A DNA stretch of 64,000 bases from Candidatus Gottesmanbacteria bacterium (GTDB taxonomy: Bacteria > Patescibacteriota > Microgenomatia > 2-02-FULL-39-11). Below are positions 37,096 to 47,213 of this stretch, piece by piece (position 1 is the stretch's first letter; every line of letters begins with the position of its first letter). The stretch is from contig JACPKY010000001.1 of assembly GCA_016186795.1 (NCBI GenBank), positions 1,357 to 65,356 on the forward strand, read 5' to 3'. Made by a program: the position numbers and the translations under genes. The notes below the pieces were generated by a model. It did not search any database, was not told the origin of the DNA, and saw only the letters and a list, made by a program, of their open reading frames with translations.

Positions 37096-38475
37096 ATGAT
37101 CAAAGAAATTGCTCAAACGGTGGGAAGAGTTTACGCTGACGTGAGATACGGAGTACTCCCTCCTACCACAGCCGTTTTTCACCGTGAAACAACTCCTTCC
37201 GATCTTGCCATAATTAGAAATACGCTTCTTGAACACCCTCAGTTGAGTTCCGTTATCACAAGGCGTTTCAGTAGGCTTAAGGAAGGGGCACTCATTGAAA
37301 TTACTCAACCATCCCCTGAAGTAGAGGATCTCATCCGCTTTTTTGCTCCCCCGCCTCCATATCTGTACTTTGAAGGGAAATCTCCAGCAAAACTGTTTCT
37401 TGAATATTGGCAAGATCGCCAAAAAACCGATTTACCTCCTCCCATTAATGATACTTTCCCATTTGCATCTCAAACGCAAGAATTTCTTGCAAGAATGTGG
37501 GTAGATTTTGCCTCCTTCCAAATGCAACCAGATGGAGATCTACCAATTCAATCAACATTTCCGCAAGAGTCAAAGCGACAAGAAATGTGGCTGCGCTTTT
37601 CCCAAAATTACAAATGGGCAACGCGTGCCATTCTTGCCGGATTTGGAACTGACATACGAAGGACAGGAGAAGGAAAAGCCCTCCACTCTCTCCGAACACA
37701 TGAGCGGGTAAAAAGCGATCCAATTAGCGAAATTATGCAAAATAACTGGATTGTCTATACTGCGCTTCTTGCAAGTATTCTCCATGATGCACCGGAAGAT
37801 CTCGAAAATTTCAGAATTACGAAATCCGAAAAACCACAGGAATACCTGATACAGTTTACTAAAAACAGAAAAGATATGGCTTTCCCTTTACTTCTATCGA
37901 CCCAAGAATTTACTCTCCTTCAAATGCAGCTTGATGCACTCACCACTCCCAAAGAGCTCGATACTCAACCTGAAGAACAAAAGACGCAAGAACAATTTCG
38001 TCATCTGAAACGAATGATAAGAAAAATTCATATCAAGTTTAAACAAGATGGAGTGCTTGCTTCCTATGTTACCTTACTCATTAAATTTGCAGATAGGGTA
38101 GACAATCTCTGTACTTACTATGTCCCGAAAGAAGGAAGCGATATCGTTATTGATCTCCGGGCAAAACTCCACGAAAGCGTCAGATTTTTTAAAGACTTGG
38201 AGAATCTTGCCAAAAAATTCCGCAAGGAACTTGTTTCGAACAAATCCGAAAAGATATTTCACTTCTCAGATTCGGTCATCAATTTCTGTCGGTATCTTCT
38301 CCTTGGTGGAAACTACCAAGAGTTATTTGGAAACGAACTAAGGAGATTTAGGGAGATGCGTGAAAAACTCGATGAGAATACGCAAGCAATTATTGATAAA
38401 AATTTTCTGATCCCTATGATATTCCCTGCTGGAAAATTGAAACCTGGTCTTATCTATAAAATACCGGAGGAGTAG
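37096..38475 (+). CDS. HD-domain protein with RelA/SpoT-type hydrolase motifs (stand-alone alarmone-hydrolase-like) fused to an unknown N-terminal domain
   Basis: ASILHDAPEDLENF (H-D...E-D) and LIKFADRVDNL (cf. LADRLHNMRT) are present. No synthetase motifs. Confidence 0.5.
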   Translation: MIKEIAQTVGRVYADVRYGVLPPTTAVFHRETTPSDLAIIRNTLLEHPQLSSVITRRFSRLKEGALIEITQPSPEVEDLIRFFAPPPPYLYFEGKSPAKLFLEYWQDRQKTDLPPPINDTFPFASQTQEFLARMWVDFASFQMQPDGDLPIQSTFPQESKRQEMWLRFSQNYKWATRAILAGFGTDIRRTGEGKALHSLRTHERVKSDPISEIMQNNWIVYTALLASILHDAPEDLENFRITKSEKPQEYLIQFTKNRKDMAFPLLLSTQEFTLLQMQLDALTTPKELDTQPEEQKTQEQFRHLKRMIRKIHIKFKQDGVLASYVTLLIKFADRVDNLCTYYVPKEGSDIVIDLRAKLHESVRFFKDLENLAKKFRKELVSNKSEKIFHFSDSVINFCRYLLLGGNYQELFGNELRRFREMREKLDENTQAIIDKNFLIPMIFPAGKLKPGLIYKIPEE

Positions 38476-38519
38476 AAAGAATAATTCTCATTTATGCCTA
38501 TTTCCTGTACAATAACAAC

Positions 38520-40616
38520 ATGATGCACCGTATCTGGAATCTCTCAGACCGACTCATACGGTACTTGTTTTACCTTCTGTTTTTCCTTGTTCCCTTAATC
38601 CTGTCACCATTAAACTACGAGTTGTTTGAGTATAACAAGATGATGGTGACATATGCCATAACGGTCGTCATTGTAAGCGCATGGGCCGTAAAAATGATTA
38701 CGGGCTCTGGATGGAATATCAGGCGTACCCCCCTTGATATCCCTCTTACCCTTTTTCTTTTCTCCCAAATTGTTTCAACTCTCTTTTCTATTGATCCACA
38801 CGTGTCTTTCTGGGGTTACTACAGTCGGTTTAATGGAGGCCTTCTTTCTACTATATCGTATATCCTTCTTTACTATGCGTTTGTATCTAACTTTCCCAAA
38901 AAAAACATCCATGTACTTCTTACCTCCATTCTTTCTTCTGCGGTTCTTGTTTCTCTCTATGCCATTTTGGAGCACTTCGGAATAGATCGCGACCTCTGGG
39001 TACAAGACGTACAAAATAGAGTCTTCTCAACACTCGGACAACCAAACTGGCTTGCGGCCTACCTTGTCACACTTATTCCTATGACGATAATACTTAGTGT
39101 CAATTCACTCGCAAAGGGTACCTTTTTATTTCGCTTCCTTGAATATGGAGTGTATCTTATCCTTACTCTCCTTTTTACCACTGCCCTCCTCTATACCAAA
39201 TCCCGCTCGGGAATTATTGCATTTTTTTGTGTACTCGCCATCCTAACTGCATTTTTCCTCTTCCAAAAAGAGCAACGGGTCAAACGGGGTATGATGCTTA
39301 TTGTTACCTCACTACTTGTTTTGGTCTATACAATTGGGACACCGTTTGAACAGCTAAAAATACTTTCACTTTCCTCGCTTCCATTTTTCAAGTCTTCAAA
39401 CCAACAAGAATACCAAATCCCTGTCAATTCCTCTTCATCTCTAATTGAGATAGGCATTACCGGATCGGGAACAATAAGAAAAATTGTCTGGAAGGGAGCT
39501 ATTGATATTTTTAAAAACAATCCTTTGATTGGAACTGGAGTTGAAACGTTTGCCCAAAGTTACTATCAGTATCGACCTGCCGAACATAATATGACGTCAG
39601 AATGGGATTTCTTATACAACAAAGCCCATAATGAATACCTGAATTTTGCTGCTACCTCTGGAATATTTGGTCTCGGATCATATACCCTTTTTATCCTTCT
39701 AACACTCATCATTTTTGCCAAAAGAATCCTAGCAGAAGTCAGTGGAGTGAAAAATTTAAAAAGTCCCGAGAGGTTCATCCTTGGAGTCGCCTGTGGATGG
39801 ATGTCGATTCTTATAACGAACTTTTTCGGTTTTTCTGTCGTAATCGTCCAACTCTTCTTCTTTCTTCTTCCAGCAATGCTTTTTCTTCCTTCTGAAGACG
39901 ATTCCCCCGTTGAAACAAAAAAAAGTGCGGGGGGGGTATTTCGTGGAATACTTCTGCTACTCACCTTCGCTTTGACAACATTTCTCCTCTTTACCCTTGC
40001 AAAATACTGGTATGCAGATGTTCTGTTTGCGCAAGGGTATCATCTTTCACGAAATCAAGAATATCTCGATGCGTATAAGTATTTGCAAAGCGCACTTATC
40101 CTAAATAAAAGCGAACCTTTTTACTACGACGAAATTGCGCATCCTATTTCACAACTTGCGGTCATTCTGACCGATGAGAAAAAAGCATCAGAGGCCGGAT
40201 ATCTGACGGAAGAAGCTATCGCTGCAAGTGATATAGCTCTTTCCATATCTCCCAAAAATGTGAATTTTTGGAAAACGCGCACCCGGGTCATGTATACGCT
40301 TACTGCAGTCGACCCGAAGTATCTCGATTTGGCAATTGATGCACTTTTAAAAGCGCAGATTCTTTCTCCAACCGATCCGAAAATCACCTATAATTTAGGC
40401 CTCCTGTATGATCAAAAAGGAGAGACGGAGAAAGCAATTTCCCTTTTAAACGAAACAATAATTTTAAAACCTGACTACCGCGATGCGTATATCGCACTGG
40501 CATATTTCTACGAAAAGGAAAAGAATATCCCAAAGGCGAAAGAGACTCTCCAGTTTATTCTGAACCATATTGCGTCCTCAGATAGCGAGGCGATAAAAAA
40601 ATTGAAAGAATTATGA
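38520..40616 (+). CDS. O-antigen ligase/Wzy_C-family polytopic membrane protein with C-terminal TPR repeats
   Basis: More than ten hydrophobic helices followed by TPR-like repeats (ITYNLGLLYDQKGETEKAISLLNETIILKPDYRDAYIALAYFYEKEK). Confidence 0.6.
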   Translation: MMHRIWNLSDRLIRYLFYLLFFLVPLILSPLNYELFEYNKMMVTYAITVVIVSAWAVKMITGSGWNIRRTPLDIPLTLFLFSQIVSTLFSIDPHVSFWGYYSRFNGGLLSTISYILLYYAFVSNFPKKNIHVLLTSILSSAVLVSLYAILEHFGIDRDLWVQDVQNRVFSTLGQPNWLAAYLVTLIPMTIILSVNSLAKGTFLFRFLEYGVYLILTLLFTTALLYTKSRSGIIAFFCVLAILTAFFLFQKEQRVKRGMMLIVTSLLVLVYTIGTPFEQLKILSLSSLPFFKSSNQQEYQIPVNSSSSLIEIGITGSGTIRKIVWKGAIDIFKNNPLIGTGVETFAQSYYQYRPAEHNMTSEWDFLYNKAHNEYLNFAATSGIFGLGSYTLFILLTLIIFAKRILAEVSGVKNLKSPERFILGVACGWMSILITNFFGFSVVIVQLFFFLLPAMLFLPSEDDSPVETKKSAGGVFRGILLLLTFALTTFLLFTLAKYWYADVLFAQGYHLSRNQEYLDAYKYLQSALILNKSEPFYYDEIAHPISQLAVILTDEKKASEAGYLTEEAIAASDIALSISPKNVNFWKTRTRVMYTLTAVDPKYLDLAIDALLKAQILSPTDPKITYNLGLLYDQKGETEKAISLLNETIILKPDYRDAYIALAYFYEKEKNIPKAKETLQFILNHIASSDSEAIKKLKEL

Positions 40617-41170
40617 TCGTAACCGTTCCTAATCCAGTACTTACTACACCGGCAAAACCTGTAACTTCGATCGACAGAAAGACTATTGGAATTGTGGAAC
40701 AGATGAAAAAGGAACTTGAGTCACAAGATAATCCCAGAGGAGTAGGACTTGCGGCACCTCAAATTGGAGTATCATTACAAATCTTTCTCACAAAACCCAC
40801 AGAAAGTTCTCCCATTGAAGTGTACTTCAACCCAAAAATCGTGTGGACCTCCCTTTCCAAAAGCGAAATTATCAGAAAAGGTGAAGGGAAATCGCTACGG
40901 AAAGAGAAACGGTTAGAAGGATGTCTGTCTATCCCCAATATCTGGGGACAGCTGAAACGTCCTATTAAGGTTCGACTCTCTTACATGGATATTGAGGGGA
41001 TTGGCAGAGAAAAAGAATTCGAGGGGTTTTTAGCAACACTCATTCAGCATGAAACCGATCACCTTGCGGGAATCCTCTTTACTCGGCGAATTTTGGAGCA
41101 GAATGGAAAGCTTTTTCGGATTGAGGAAGATGAAAAGGGGGAAGAAAAACTCGTACCAGTGGAATTGTAA
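40613..41170 (+). CDS. def: Peptide deformylase
   Basis: Motifs GVGLAAPQIG, EGCLSIP and HETDHLAG. Confidence 0.9.
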   Translation: MIVTVPNPVLTTPAKPVTSIDRKTIGIVEQMKKELESQDNPRGVGLAAPQIGVSLQIFLTKPTESSPIEVYFNPKIVWTSLSKSEIIRKGEGKSLRKEKRLEGCLSIPNIWGQLKRPIKVRLSYMDIEGIGREKEFEGFLATLIQHETDHLAGILFTRRILEQNGKLFRIEEDEKGEEKLVPVEL

Positions 41171-41174
41171 TACT

Positions 41175-42098
41175 ATGAAAGTCCTCTTCTTTGGTTCATC
41201 TCCCTACTGCCTCCCTCTTCTATCGACACTTTCGAAAAATACAAACCTCGTTGGTATCATTTCCACCACCAGGGAATCCTGGCAACAAAAAAAAGTTCCG
41301 GTTTGGACTGTACGAAATAAAGAGGAACTGAAAGGAACTGAAAGTAAAATTGCCTCTCTCCATCCAGATATCGCCATAGTTTCCGATTTCGGACTCATCA
41401 TCCCCAAAGAAATTTTTGAAATCCCAAAATACAAAACGCTGAATATCCATTTTTCCAAATTGCCCAAATACCGGGGCGCATCTCCCATCCAATACACTAT
41501 CCTTCATGGCGAAAAAAGTGTTTGGATTAGCGTTCAACTACTCAGAGAGACACTCGATACTGGAGATATCATCTGGCAAAAAGAAATTCCACTATTTGGT
41601 TTTGAAACGACTGGAGATCTCTATCCAAAACTTTTCGAAATCACCTCCAATCACATCACAGATATTTTACAGAGATTCATCCATGGAGAAATAATACCGT
41701 TAAGACAAAATGAAAAAGCTTCCTCCTACACAAGAAAACTGACACGGGATGATGGATTTCTGTCGTCTACCCTTTTTTTGGGTCTATTGAAAGGAGAAAA
41801 AATAAATTGGTCTAATTCTCAAGTGCTCTTTGAAGGGTTATCTGCGGAAGAAAATCCTACCAAACGGGTAGAACAAGCAGTACGGGCATTTTTTCCATGG
41901 CCTGGAGTATGGACGGAAATTCAAATAACAGTAAACAGTAAACAGTTAACAAAAAAACTAAAAATACTGAAAGCGCATCTTGAAGCAAGTAGACTCGTTC
42001 CCGACATTGTGCAACTGGAAGGGAAGAAACCGGTTTCCTGGAAACAGTTTTTAGAAGGATATCCCGGGACTATTGACAACCCATCTTCTTTCCACTAG
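41175..42098 (+). CDS. fmt: Methionyl-tRNA formyltransferase (start at the MKVLFFGS Met; the ORF-track start at 41049 is an upstream extension overlapping def)
   Basis: N-terminal formyltransferase fold (MKVLFFGS...; HFSKLPKYRGASPIQYTILHGEK), C-terminal domain, and classic def-fmt arrangement. Confidence 0.85.
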   Translation: MKVLFFGSSPYCLPLLSTLSKNTNLVGIISTTRESWQQKKVPVWTVRNKEELKGTESKIASLHPDIAIVSDFGLIIPKEIFEIPKYKTLNIHFSKLPKYRGASPIQYTILHGEKSVWISVQLLRETLDTGDIIWQKEIPLFGFETTGDLYPKLFEITSNHITDILQRFIHGEIIPLRQNEKASSYTRKLTRDDGFLSSTLFLGLLKGEKINWSNSQVLFEGLSAEENPTKRVEQAVRAFFPWPGVWTEIQITVNSKQLTKKLKILKAHLEASRLVPDIVQLEGKKPVSWKQFLEGYPGTIDNPSSFH

Positions 42099-42109
42099 TT
42101 TAGAACCAG

Positions 42110-42406
42110 ATGAAATATATTCTGCCACTCCTTTTTATTATTTGCATCGGAATTGTTTTACAAATTCATCCGGTAAAAGTCTCTCCTGCAAATGCTCAGC
42201 AACCAACATTTGGTCCCACGTGTGAAGCAGGTACAACTCCTGGGGTAGCTGCAACAACGTGTCCGACAAATACAGAAAAACCCACAGCTGTACCAAAAAT
42301 ACCGGTAACAGGGACAGGATCAACTCTTGTCATGGCGCTTCTCTCAGGTGGAATTTTTTTGGCAATTCTGGGAGTGGGGACGGTTGCTTTTACTGTGTCA
42401 CGGTAA
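42110..42406 (+). CDS. Small (98-aa) surface protein: signal peptide + conserved PTFGPTCxAGxTPG...TCPTNT Cys module + IPVTG sorting-like signal + TM + basic tail
   Basis: The C-terminal module is nearly identical in pattern to that of CDS 16800..17567. Confidence 0.5.
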   Translation: MKYILPLLFIICIGIVLQIHPVKVSPANAQQPTFGPTCEAGTTPGVAATTCPTNTEKPTAVPKIPVTGTGSTLVMALLSGGIFLAILGVGTVAFTVSR

Positions 42407-44084
42407 ATTCTGCCCACGTACATCCATACGTTATATTTCCATCTAACGGATTGAATGTTCCCAACTTCAGTGCATCGGAGGATAATGGATCAAAGGGAGT
42501 CGGAGTTGGCGTATCGGTCGGAAGTGGAGTACTTTGCGTTTTCGTTTGAGACGATCCAAAAATTCCTGAAAAAAGACTTGCGAAAAAGCCAAAAATCCCA
42601 CTTGGCGGCTGATTAACTGTTGACGCTGCCAAAACCTCCGGCATTCTTGGGGAAAATGCCAAGGGGTTACTTGAAGTTCTGTAGCCACAATTTATTTTTT
42701 CCTCTATTCTATATGATCCAGGTCCGGGAATTGTCGTCGACCACGTTGATGCATAGCGCCAAGCGGGAGGATCCGGTATAACAGTTGGACCAACGGCGGT
42801 AACTGTACCCGATTGTGCTGCAACACTTCCATCTCTTTTCAGCGTATACTCCATATTGAGTACCTCTGCCTTATTTATTGCCGGATTGGAAACTTTCCCG
42901 TATCCGGTAATGGCAAGTGGTGCACCTGTTGTAAATCCAGAACTTGCGGAAACATCAATCCCATCACATTCACAAAAGGGAGTAGGAGTAGCCGATGGTT
43001 GGACTGTTGCGGTTGGAGGAGCAAGTGTTGGAGTAGCAGTTGGAGCCGCACAGATACTTCCATTTGCTCCTGTGTAACAGATTGGACACTCTTCATCACA
43101 TTCATCGTCACTTGAACATGGCCCTCCGCATTGTACTGCAGTTGGAGTAGGCGTTGGCGTACCACTTGGTGCTTGACAAATATTTCCTGAATCTCCAGGA
43201 GCACAGATTGAGCAATCCTCGGGACATTCTGTAGAATTTGGGCCAGGTGTCGTACATGGAGCACCACACTGAGGGGGAGGGGTTGTTGTCGGTGTTGCAG
43301 TTGGAACAACATCGGCAATCCACTCGAAATCTAATTTGGTAAATTTGTCGTTATTGGCAATATCAGTAAAGCGCAAATACGCATTCCCTTGATCATCATG
43401 GAGTACAACACACTCCGACGTTTGATCATTTGGATCTGTTTTACAAAGTGGGTTATTGGGATCGTCTCGAAATTCCCAATGTCCTTGAGTAGATACACCA
43501 TCAGGAAGCTCTGATGCTGGTGGTGGACCGACTTTTAGCGTTGCTTTTTGATGGCGACAGCCAAAACAATCAGTCCTTTGGAAAACAAAGTTGATCTTCG
43601 ATGTGTCACTTGAATCGTACGTAAGTCCATCAGAATTCGTTTTACACGTGTAGTCTGGATTTTGTCCTTTATATCGGGAAATTTCAGGACTTGGAATCTT
43701 CGCTTCTTTTTTACAGTTTACTCGGGCTGCTGGATACCGCTTCGGAGTTGGAGTAGGATTGGGAGGGGGCGCCGGAGTAGTTGGGGGGTTCGGTTTACTT
43801 CCATCTGGTAAGAAAGTGTAGGAAAATTTGTCACCACTTTTGACGATTCTGTACCAGTTATCAACAAGTGGACACGCCTTATTTGTATCCGTATCTCGTA
43901 CGATTGTCCACCTCAATTCAACATTTTTCAAAAATTTCGTCAATCCATCGTGCTTGACATACGTATGTCCGGTGATAAAGGTCGATGCCTCAACCTTCCC
44001 TGGCGAAATTGCAGCAAAGGCAACACCAACAAACACAATCAACAAGTATCTACTAATTCGTTTCATATTCTTGGATTTTCTCAT
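42390..44084 (-). CDS. Secreted Cys-rich protein with tandem Cys-rich repeats and PT-linkers
   Basis: Signal peptide. Two tandem copies of the pattern C(G)(A/G)PC...EC(P/D)E(D/E)C(S/P)ICxxGxxGxIC(Q/A)AP, separated by TPTPTPT linkers. Confidence 0.55.
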   Translation of the reverse strand: MRKSKNMKRISRYLLIVFVGVAFAAISPGKVEASTFITGHTYVKHDGLTKFLKNVELRWTIVRDTDTNKACPLVDNWYRIVKSGDKFSYTFLPDGSKPNPPTTPAPPPNPTPTPKRYPAARVNCKKEAKIPSPEISRYKGQNPDYTCKTNSDGLTYDSSDTSKINFVFQRTDCFGCRHQKATLKVGPPPASELPDGVSTQGHWEFRDDPNNPLCKTDPNDQTSECVVLHDDQGNAYLRFTDIANNDKFTKLDFEWIADVVPTATPTTTPPPQCGAPCTTPGPNSTECPEDCSICAPGDSGNICQAPSGTPTPTPTAVQCGGPCSSDDECDEECPICYTGANGSICAAPTATPTLAPPTATVQPSATPTPFCECDGIDVSASSGFTTGAPLAITGYGKVSNPAINKAEVLNMEYTLKRDGSVAAQSGTVTAVGPTVIPDPPAWRYASTWSTTIPGPGSYRIEEKINCGYRTSSNPLAFSPRMPEVLAASTVNQPPSGIFGFFASLFSGIFGSSQTKTQSTPLPTDTPTPTPFDPLSSDALKLGTFNPLDGNITYGCTWAEFTVTQ

Positions 44085-44919
44085 TCAACCAATCATCATA
44101 GGAGGTAATCGTCCCGGATTTGTCCAAAACATGGTAAATACCCCAGAATCCTTCTTCGGGATCTTCATCTATCGATGGCCGATACAGTCCCAACATGAGA
44201 GGAGAAAATTCGGAAGGAGAAAGTTGCCAAAGGCGCACATTATCTGCCTCGCTTAAGTTGGAATCGATTGAAGTAGTTGCGTCTCGGCTTGGATATTTAG
44301 CGTAGGCATTGCTTTTGTAAATTGAGTCAAACTGGGAAAGACTCTCATCTTTCCTTATACGTTCTCCAGCTTCCTCCATCGTTATTCTTCCAGCAACTAT
44401 ATCTGCCCGGATTGCTTCCATTTTCTGCCGTGTAATCTCTTTTGCTTGAGAAAGAGGTACAGGAGGCTCAGGATTTCCTACATTAAACCAAATAAAAACA
44501 CCTTCAACGGTCATCTGCTGAACATCGTTTAAGATGAGTTCCTTTGCCCGTTCATACGCCTTATTGTATTCCTGTTGATTTTTGTTCGGTGCAAAGATTC
44601 TTTCATCAATTGGCATGAGATTTTTATTTTTTGCCTCCTCCAAAACCACAGTTTGCTCAATCAAAAATTTCTGCACGTCTTTTTTTTCGTCATTTGTAAG
44701 AGTGGAATACGTTTTTTGCGGATACTGGTTTTGAACCGAATACTCAATATCGGAAGGAGAAAAAATGTTTCTCCCGTATTGCTGATTTCCGGAAATAGTG
44801 GATTTGCGGCTTGACTCTTTTCCTGCCACCAGTAAGAAAAGCAGAGATATCGAAACTATCAGAACCACACCACCGATAATTGCCGCAATACGAAAATTTC
44901 TCCCCATGAGAGGATACAT
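44053..44919 (-). CDS. Membrane-anchored hypothetical protein
   Basis: 288-aa ORF with an N-terminal TM helix. Confidence 0.45.
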   Translation of the reverse strand: MYPLMGRNFRIAAIIGGVVLIVSISLLFLLVAGKESSRKSTISGNQQYGRNIFSPSDIEYSVQNQYPQKTYSTLTNDEKKDVQKFLIEQTVVLEEAKNKNLMPIDERIFAPNKNQQEYNKAYERAKELILNDVQQMTVEGVFIWFNVGNPEPPVPLSQAKEITRQKMEAIRADIVAGRITMEEAGERIRKDESLSQFDSIYKSNAYAKYPSRDATTSIDSNLSEADNVRLWQLSPSEFSPLMLGLYRPSIDEDPEEGFWGIYHVLDKSGTITSYDDWLNEKIQEYETN

Positions 44920-44962
44920 AAAATTATTATTTGCTTTACTTCAACTAAAGTCAAGAAGTATC

Positions 44963-45691
44963 CTATTGAAAATAGGAGGCAAAAACTCTTTGCACCATCC
45001 GAACCACAAGCTGATATTTACCCGACACAAGCAAAATGCCAAAAAGGAGAGTGATGCTTGCGGCAATTGTGGAAATGCCATGAAAAAGCCTTCGATTACT
45101 TTGGATTCGTGGGTAGACCGAGGGAAAAAGAAGTCCAGCAATGATAAAGGGAGTCCCAATTCCTAGAGAAAATATAAAAAGAAGGAGACTTCCCTCCCAT
45201 ACCGTTGTTTTTGATGATGCCAAAAGAAGAATTGGAGTAAGTGTGACCGATATACACGGGATCCAAGAGATCGCAGCAACGATTCCTGTGGCAAACGATG
45301 AGAAGAAACCCAAATGGGTGAGCTTCTTTTGTACATTCCACGCATAGTCAAACTTCAGAAATGATGTATGGATCACTCCTAATTGAGATAGTCCAAAAAA
45401 TATCATGATAATTCCACCTATGCGAAGGAGAAGACTTAAGTTCGCTTGCATGAAAATCCCGACAATACTTCCTGTGGCACCAAGAATCGTATAGACAAGG
45501 GCAAACCCGGAAACAAAAAGAAAACTATTTCCAATAATACGACTCCTGATATGACGTTCACTTAGTCCATACAGTTCTTGAAATGTAACGCCAGAGATTG
45601 CAGAAAAATAGGATGGAAGAAGCGGAAGAAGACAAGGAGCAATGAAAGAAATGAGACCCGCAATGTAGGAGGTCAAAAAACTTACGAGCAT
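44963..45691 (-). CDS. ccdA: Cytochrome c-type biogenesis / disulfide-reductant transfer protein CcdA (DsbD beta-domain family)
   Basis: IAGLISFIAPCLLPLLPSYFS (first conserved Cys in TM1) and a second Cys in WIPCIS; six TM segments. Confidence 0.75.
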   Translation of the reverse strand: MLVSFLTSYIAGLISFIAPCLLPLLPSYFSAISGVTFQELYGLSERHIRSRIIGNSFLFVSGFALVYTILGATGSIVGIFMQANLSLLLRIGGIIMIFFGLSQLGVIHTSFLKFDYAWNVQKKLTHLGFFSSFATGIVAAISWIPCISVTLTPILLLASSKTTVWEGSLLLFIFSLGIGTPFIIAGLLFPSVYPRIQSNRRLFHGISTIAASITLLFGILLVSGKYQLVVRMVQRVFASYFQ

Positions 45692-45697
45692 ACCATC

Positions 45698-46000
45698 TTA
45701 TATGAGTCTTAAAACCCGGAATATGACCACAGCAAAAAAAATAAAGAGAAGCGTTATCGTTATGGGAACAAAAAATGTGAGGAGAAGAGACGTTATGAAA
45801 AGAATAAGCAACGTATTTTCTTTTTCACTTCTGATAAATCCTTTTATAAGAAGAAATAGGATGGAAAGATAAATAAGTGTGGTAATACTACCGAAGGGAA
45901 GTTCCACTTTGTACAACCACCCCCCAACCAAAAGCGCAATTCCTAACAAGAGAAATACATCACGATCATGAAAGTAGAATGGACCAAGATAGAGACTCAT
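45698..46000 (-). CDS. Small membrane protein
   Basis: 100-aa ORF with three hydrophobic helices. Confidence 0.35.
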   Translation of the reverse strand: MSLYLGPFYFHDRDVFLLLGIALLVGGWLYKVELPFGSITTLIYLSILFLLIKGFIRSEKENTLLILFITSLLLTFFVPITITLLFIFFAVVIFRVLRLI

Positions 46001-46040
46001 ATGAATAAATCCATTGGATTTCTGCCTAGCATTATCCTAT

Positions 46041-46556
46041 CTATTTTCCAGAAAGAACACAACCCGTCTGTTGAGCAAAATACTCAAGGGGTATTACCCC
46101 GCTTATCATCCTTCCATCTGGAAATTCCCAGGTTGGATAACCTCGAATATTTTTCTCTTGGCAAAGCGCAACGTCTTCATCACAATCTATAAGAGTCAAC
46201 TCACTCACACTTTCTCCAAAAAGTTCTTTTTGTTTTGCACAATTAGGACAGGTTTTTGTCCCATACATAACAAGACCTTTTTGTGTCAGACAAGATGCAA
46301 ATGAACTATATACTTGGAGTGAAGTAGTCGGCACTGGGGAAAGACTGGATGGAGAAGGAGTAGGAATAGGTGAGTTGGCAAAGGGTAATTTTGTGAGAGA
46401 AATTATCTTTGCCCATGTGGAAGCGGCTTCTTTTATGAAATCCTGACGTACGGAAAATGTCCCTGATTCAAAAACAATATTTCCTAACACATAGGAAAGA
46501 AAAAGGGCACACGCTAAAGCAATTGCAACTTTAATAAATGGCACCCTTACACCCAT
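46041..46556 (-). CDS. Membrane-anchored thioredoxin-fold protein (CPNC active site)
   Basis: N-terminal TM helix. The C-terminal domain carries YGTKTCPNCAKQKELFGE...IRGYPTWEF (CxxC + cis-Pro loop). Probable partner of CcdA. Confidence 0.6.
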   Translation of the reverse strand: MGVRVPFIKVAIALACALFLSYVLGNIVFESGTFSVRQDFIKEAASTWAKIISLTKLPFANSPIPTPSPSSLSPVPTTSLQVYSSFASCLTQKGLVMYGTKTCPNCAKQKELFGESVSELTLIDCDEDVALCQEKNIRGYPTWEFPDGRMISGVIPLEYFAQQTGCVLSGK

Positions 46557-46593
46557 AGTTCCATACTATCAAATGTGGTAGGATGATTCTAGG

Positions 46594-46836
46594 ATGAGTG
46601 GGGAGAAACTTATCGATTGGTTTATATCCTTGACTGTTCCTCTTTTGTGGATATGGGTATTTTCTGTCGCTATATTTATTTGGTGGGTTTTTGTTGTTGT
46701 TCCTGACCAAACTCTCTTTGGTCCTACAAAGTTTTTGATGAAACTGAATATTTTCATCGGAATGACTTCATACATCCTCTCAATCTTTGCTACACTTACC
46801 TGTATAGTTCGGGATAAGACTCGCAAACCCAAGTAG
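46594..46836 (+). CDS. Small membrane protein (80 aa)
   Basis: Two hydrophobic helices; weak support. Confidence 0.3.
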   Translation: MSGEKLIDWFISLTVPLLWIWVFSVAIFIWWVFVVVPDQTLFGPTKFLMKLNIFIGMTSYILSIFATLTCIVRDKTRKPK

Positions 46837-46839
46837 AAG

Positions 46840-47121
46840 TTATTGGTGGTGCAAAAAAAGCCGGTGTGCCTCAGAGATTGTGAGAGAGAGTTCTTTATAG
46901 AAGAACGTTCGCAACTCTGGTGCTATCTCATCTACACGCTTCATGAGATCACGAATGGAAAAAAGAGGAACCAGGAAAAGCTTCCGTGAGTTTACCTGCC
47001 CTGTTGTATCAACAAGCGTATCCAGCTTGCGAATCATCTTTACTTTCACACTATTCACCACCCATTCTTCAATGGCAATTTTTTGAGAAGCAGGCAATTG
47101 AGAAAAACTATCATCAACCAT
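46840..47121 (-). CDS. Hypothetical protein
   Basis: 93-aa ORF. Confidence 0.3.
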   Translation of the reverse strand: MVDDSFSQLPASQKIAIEEWVVNSVKVKMIRKLDTLVDTTGQVNSRKLFLVPLFSIRDLMKRVDEIAPELRTFFYKELSLTISEAHRLFLHHQ

Positions 47122-47213
47122 AGTTCAAGAAAACCCACCTTGTACGGTGGGCTGTTATAAAGGTGTAAAATACCATAAATGAGGAATTTTTGCAAATATT
47201 ACGGGGTGTCTCT

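Noticed and set aside
41049-41174. Upstream extension of the fmt ORF (start at 41049)
   Set aside because: It overlaps the 3' end of def in another frame. The internal Met at 41175 follows the def stop by 4 nt and begins the conserved formyltransferase N-terminus.
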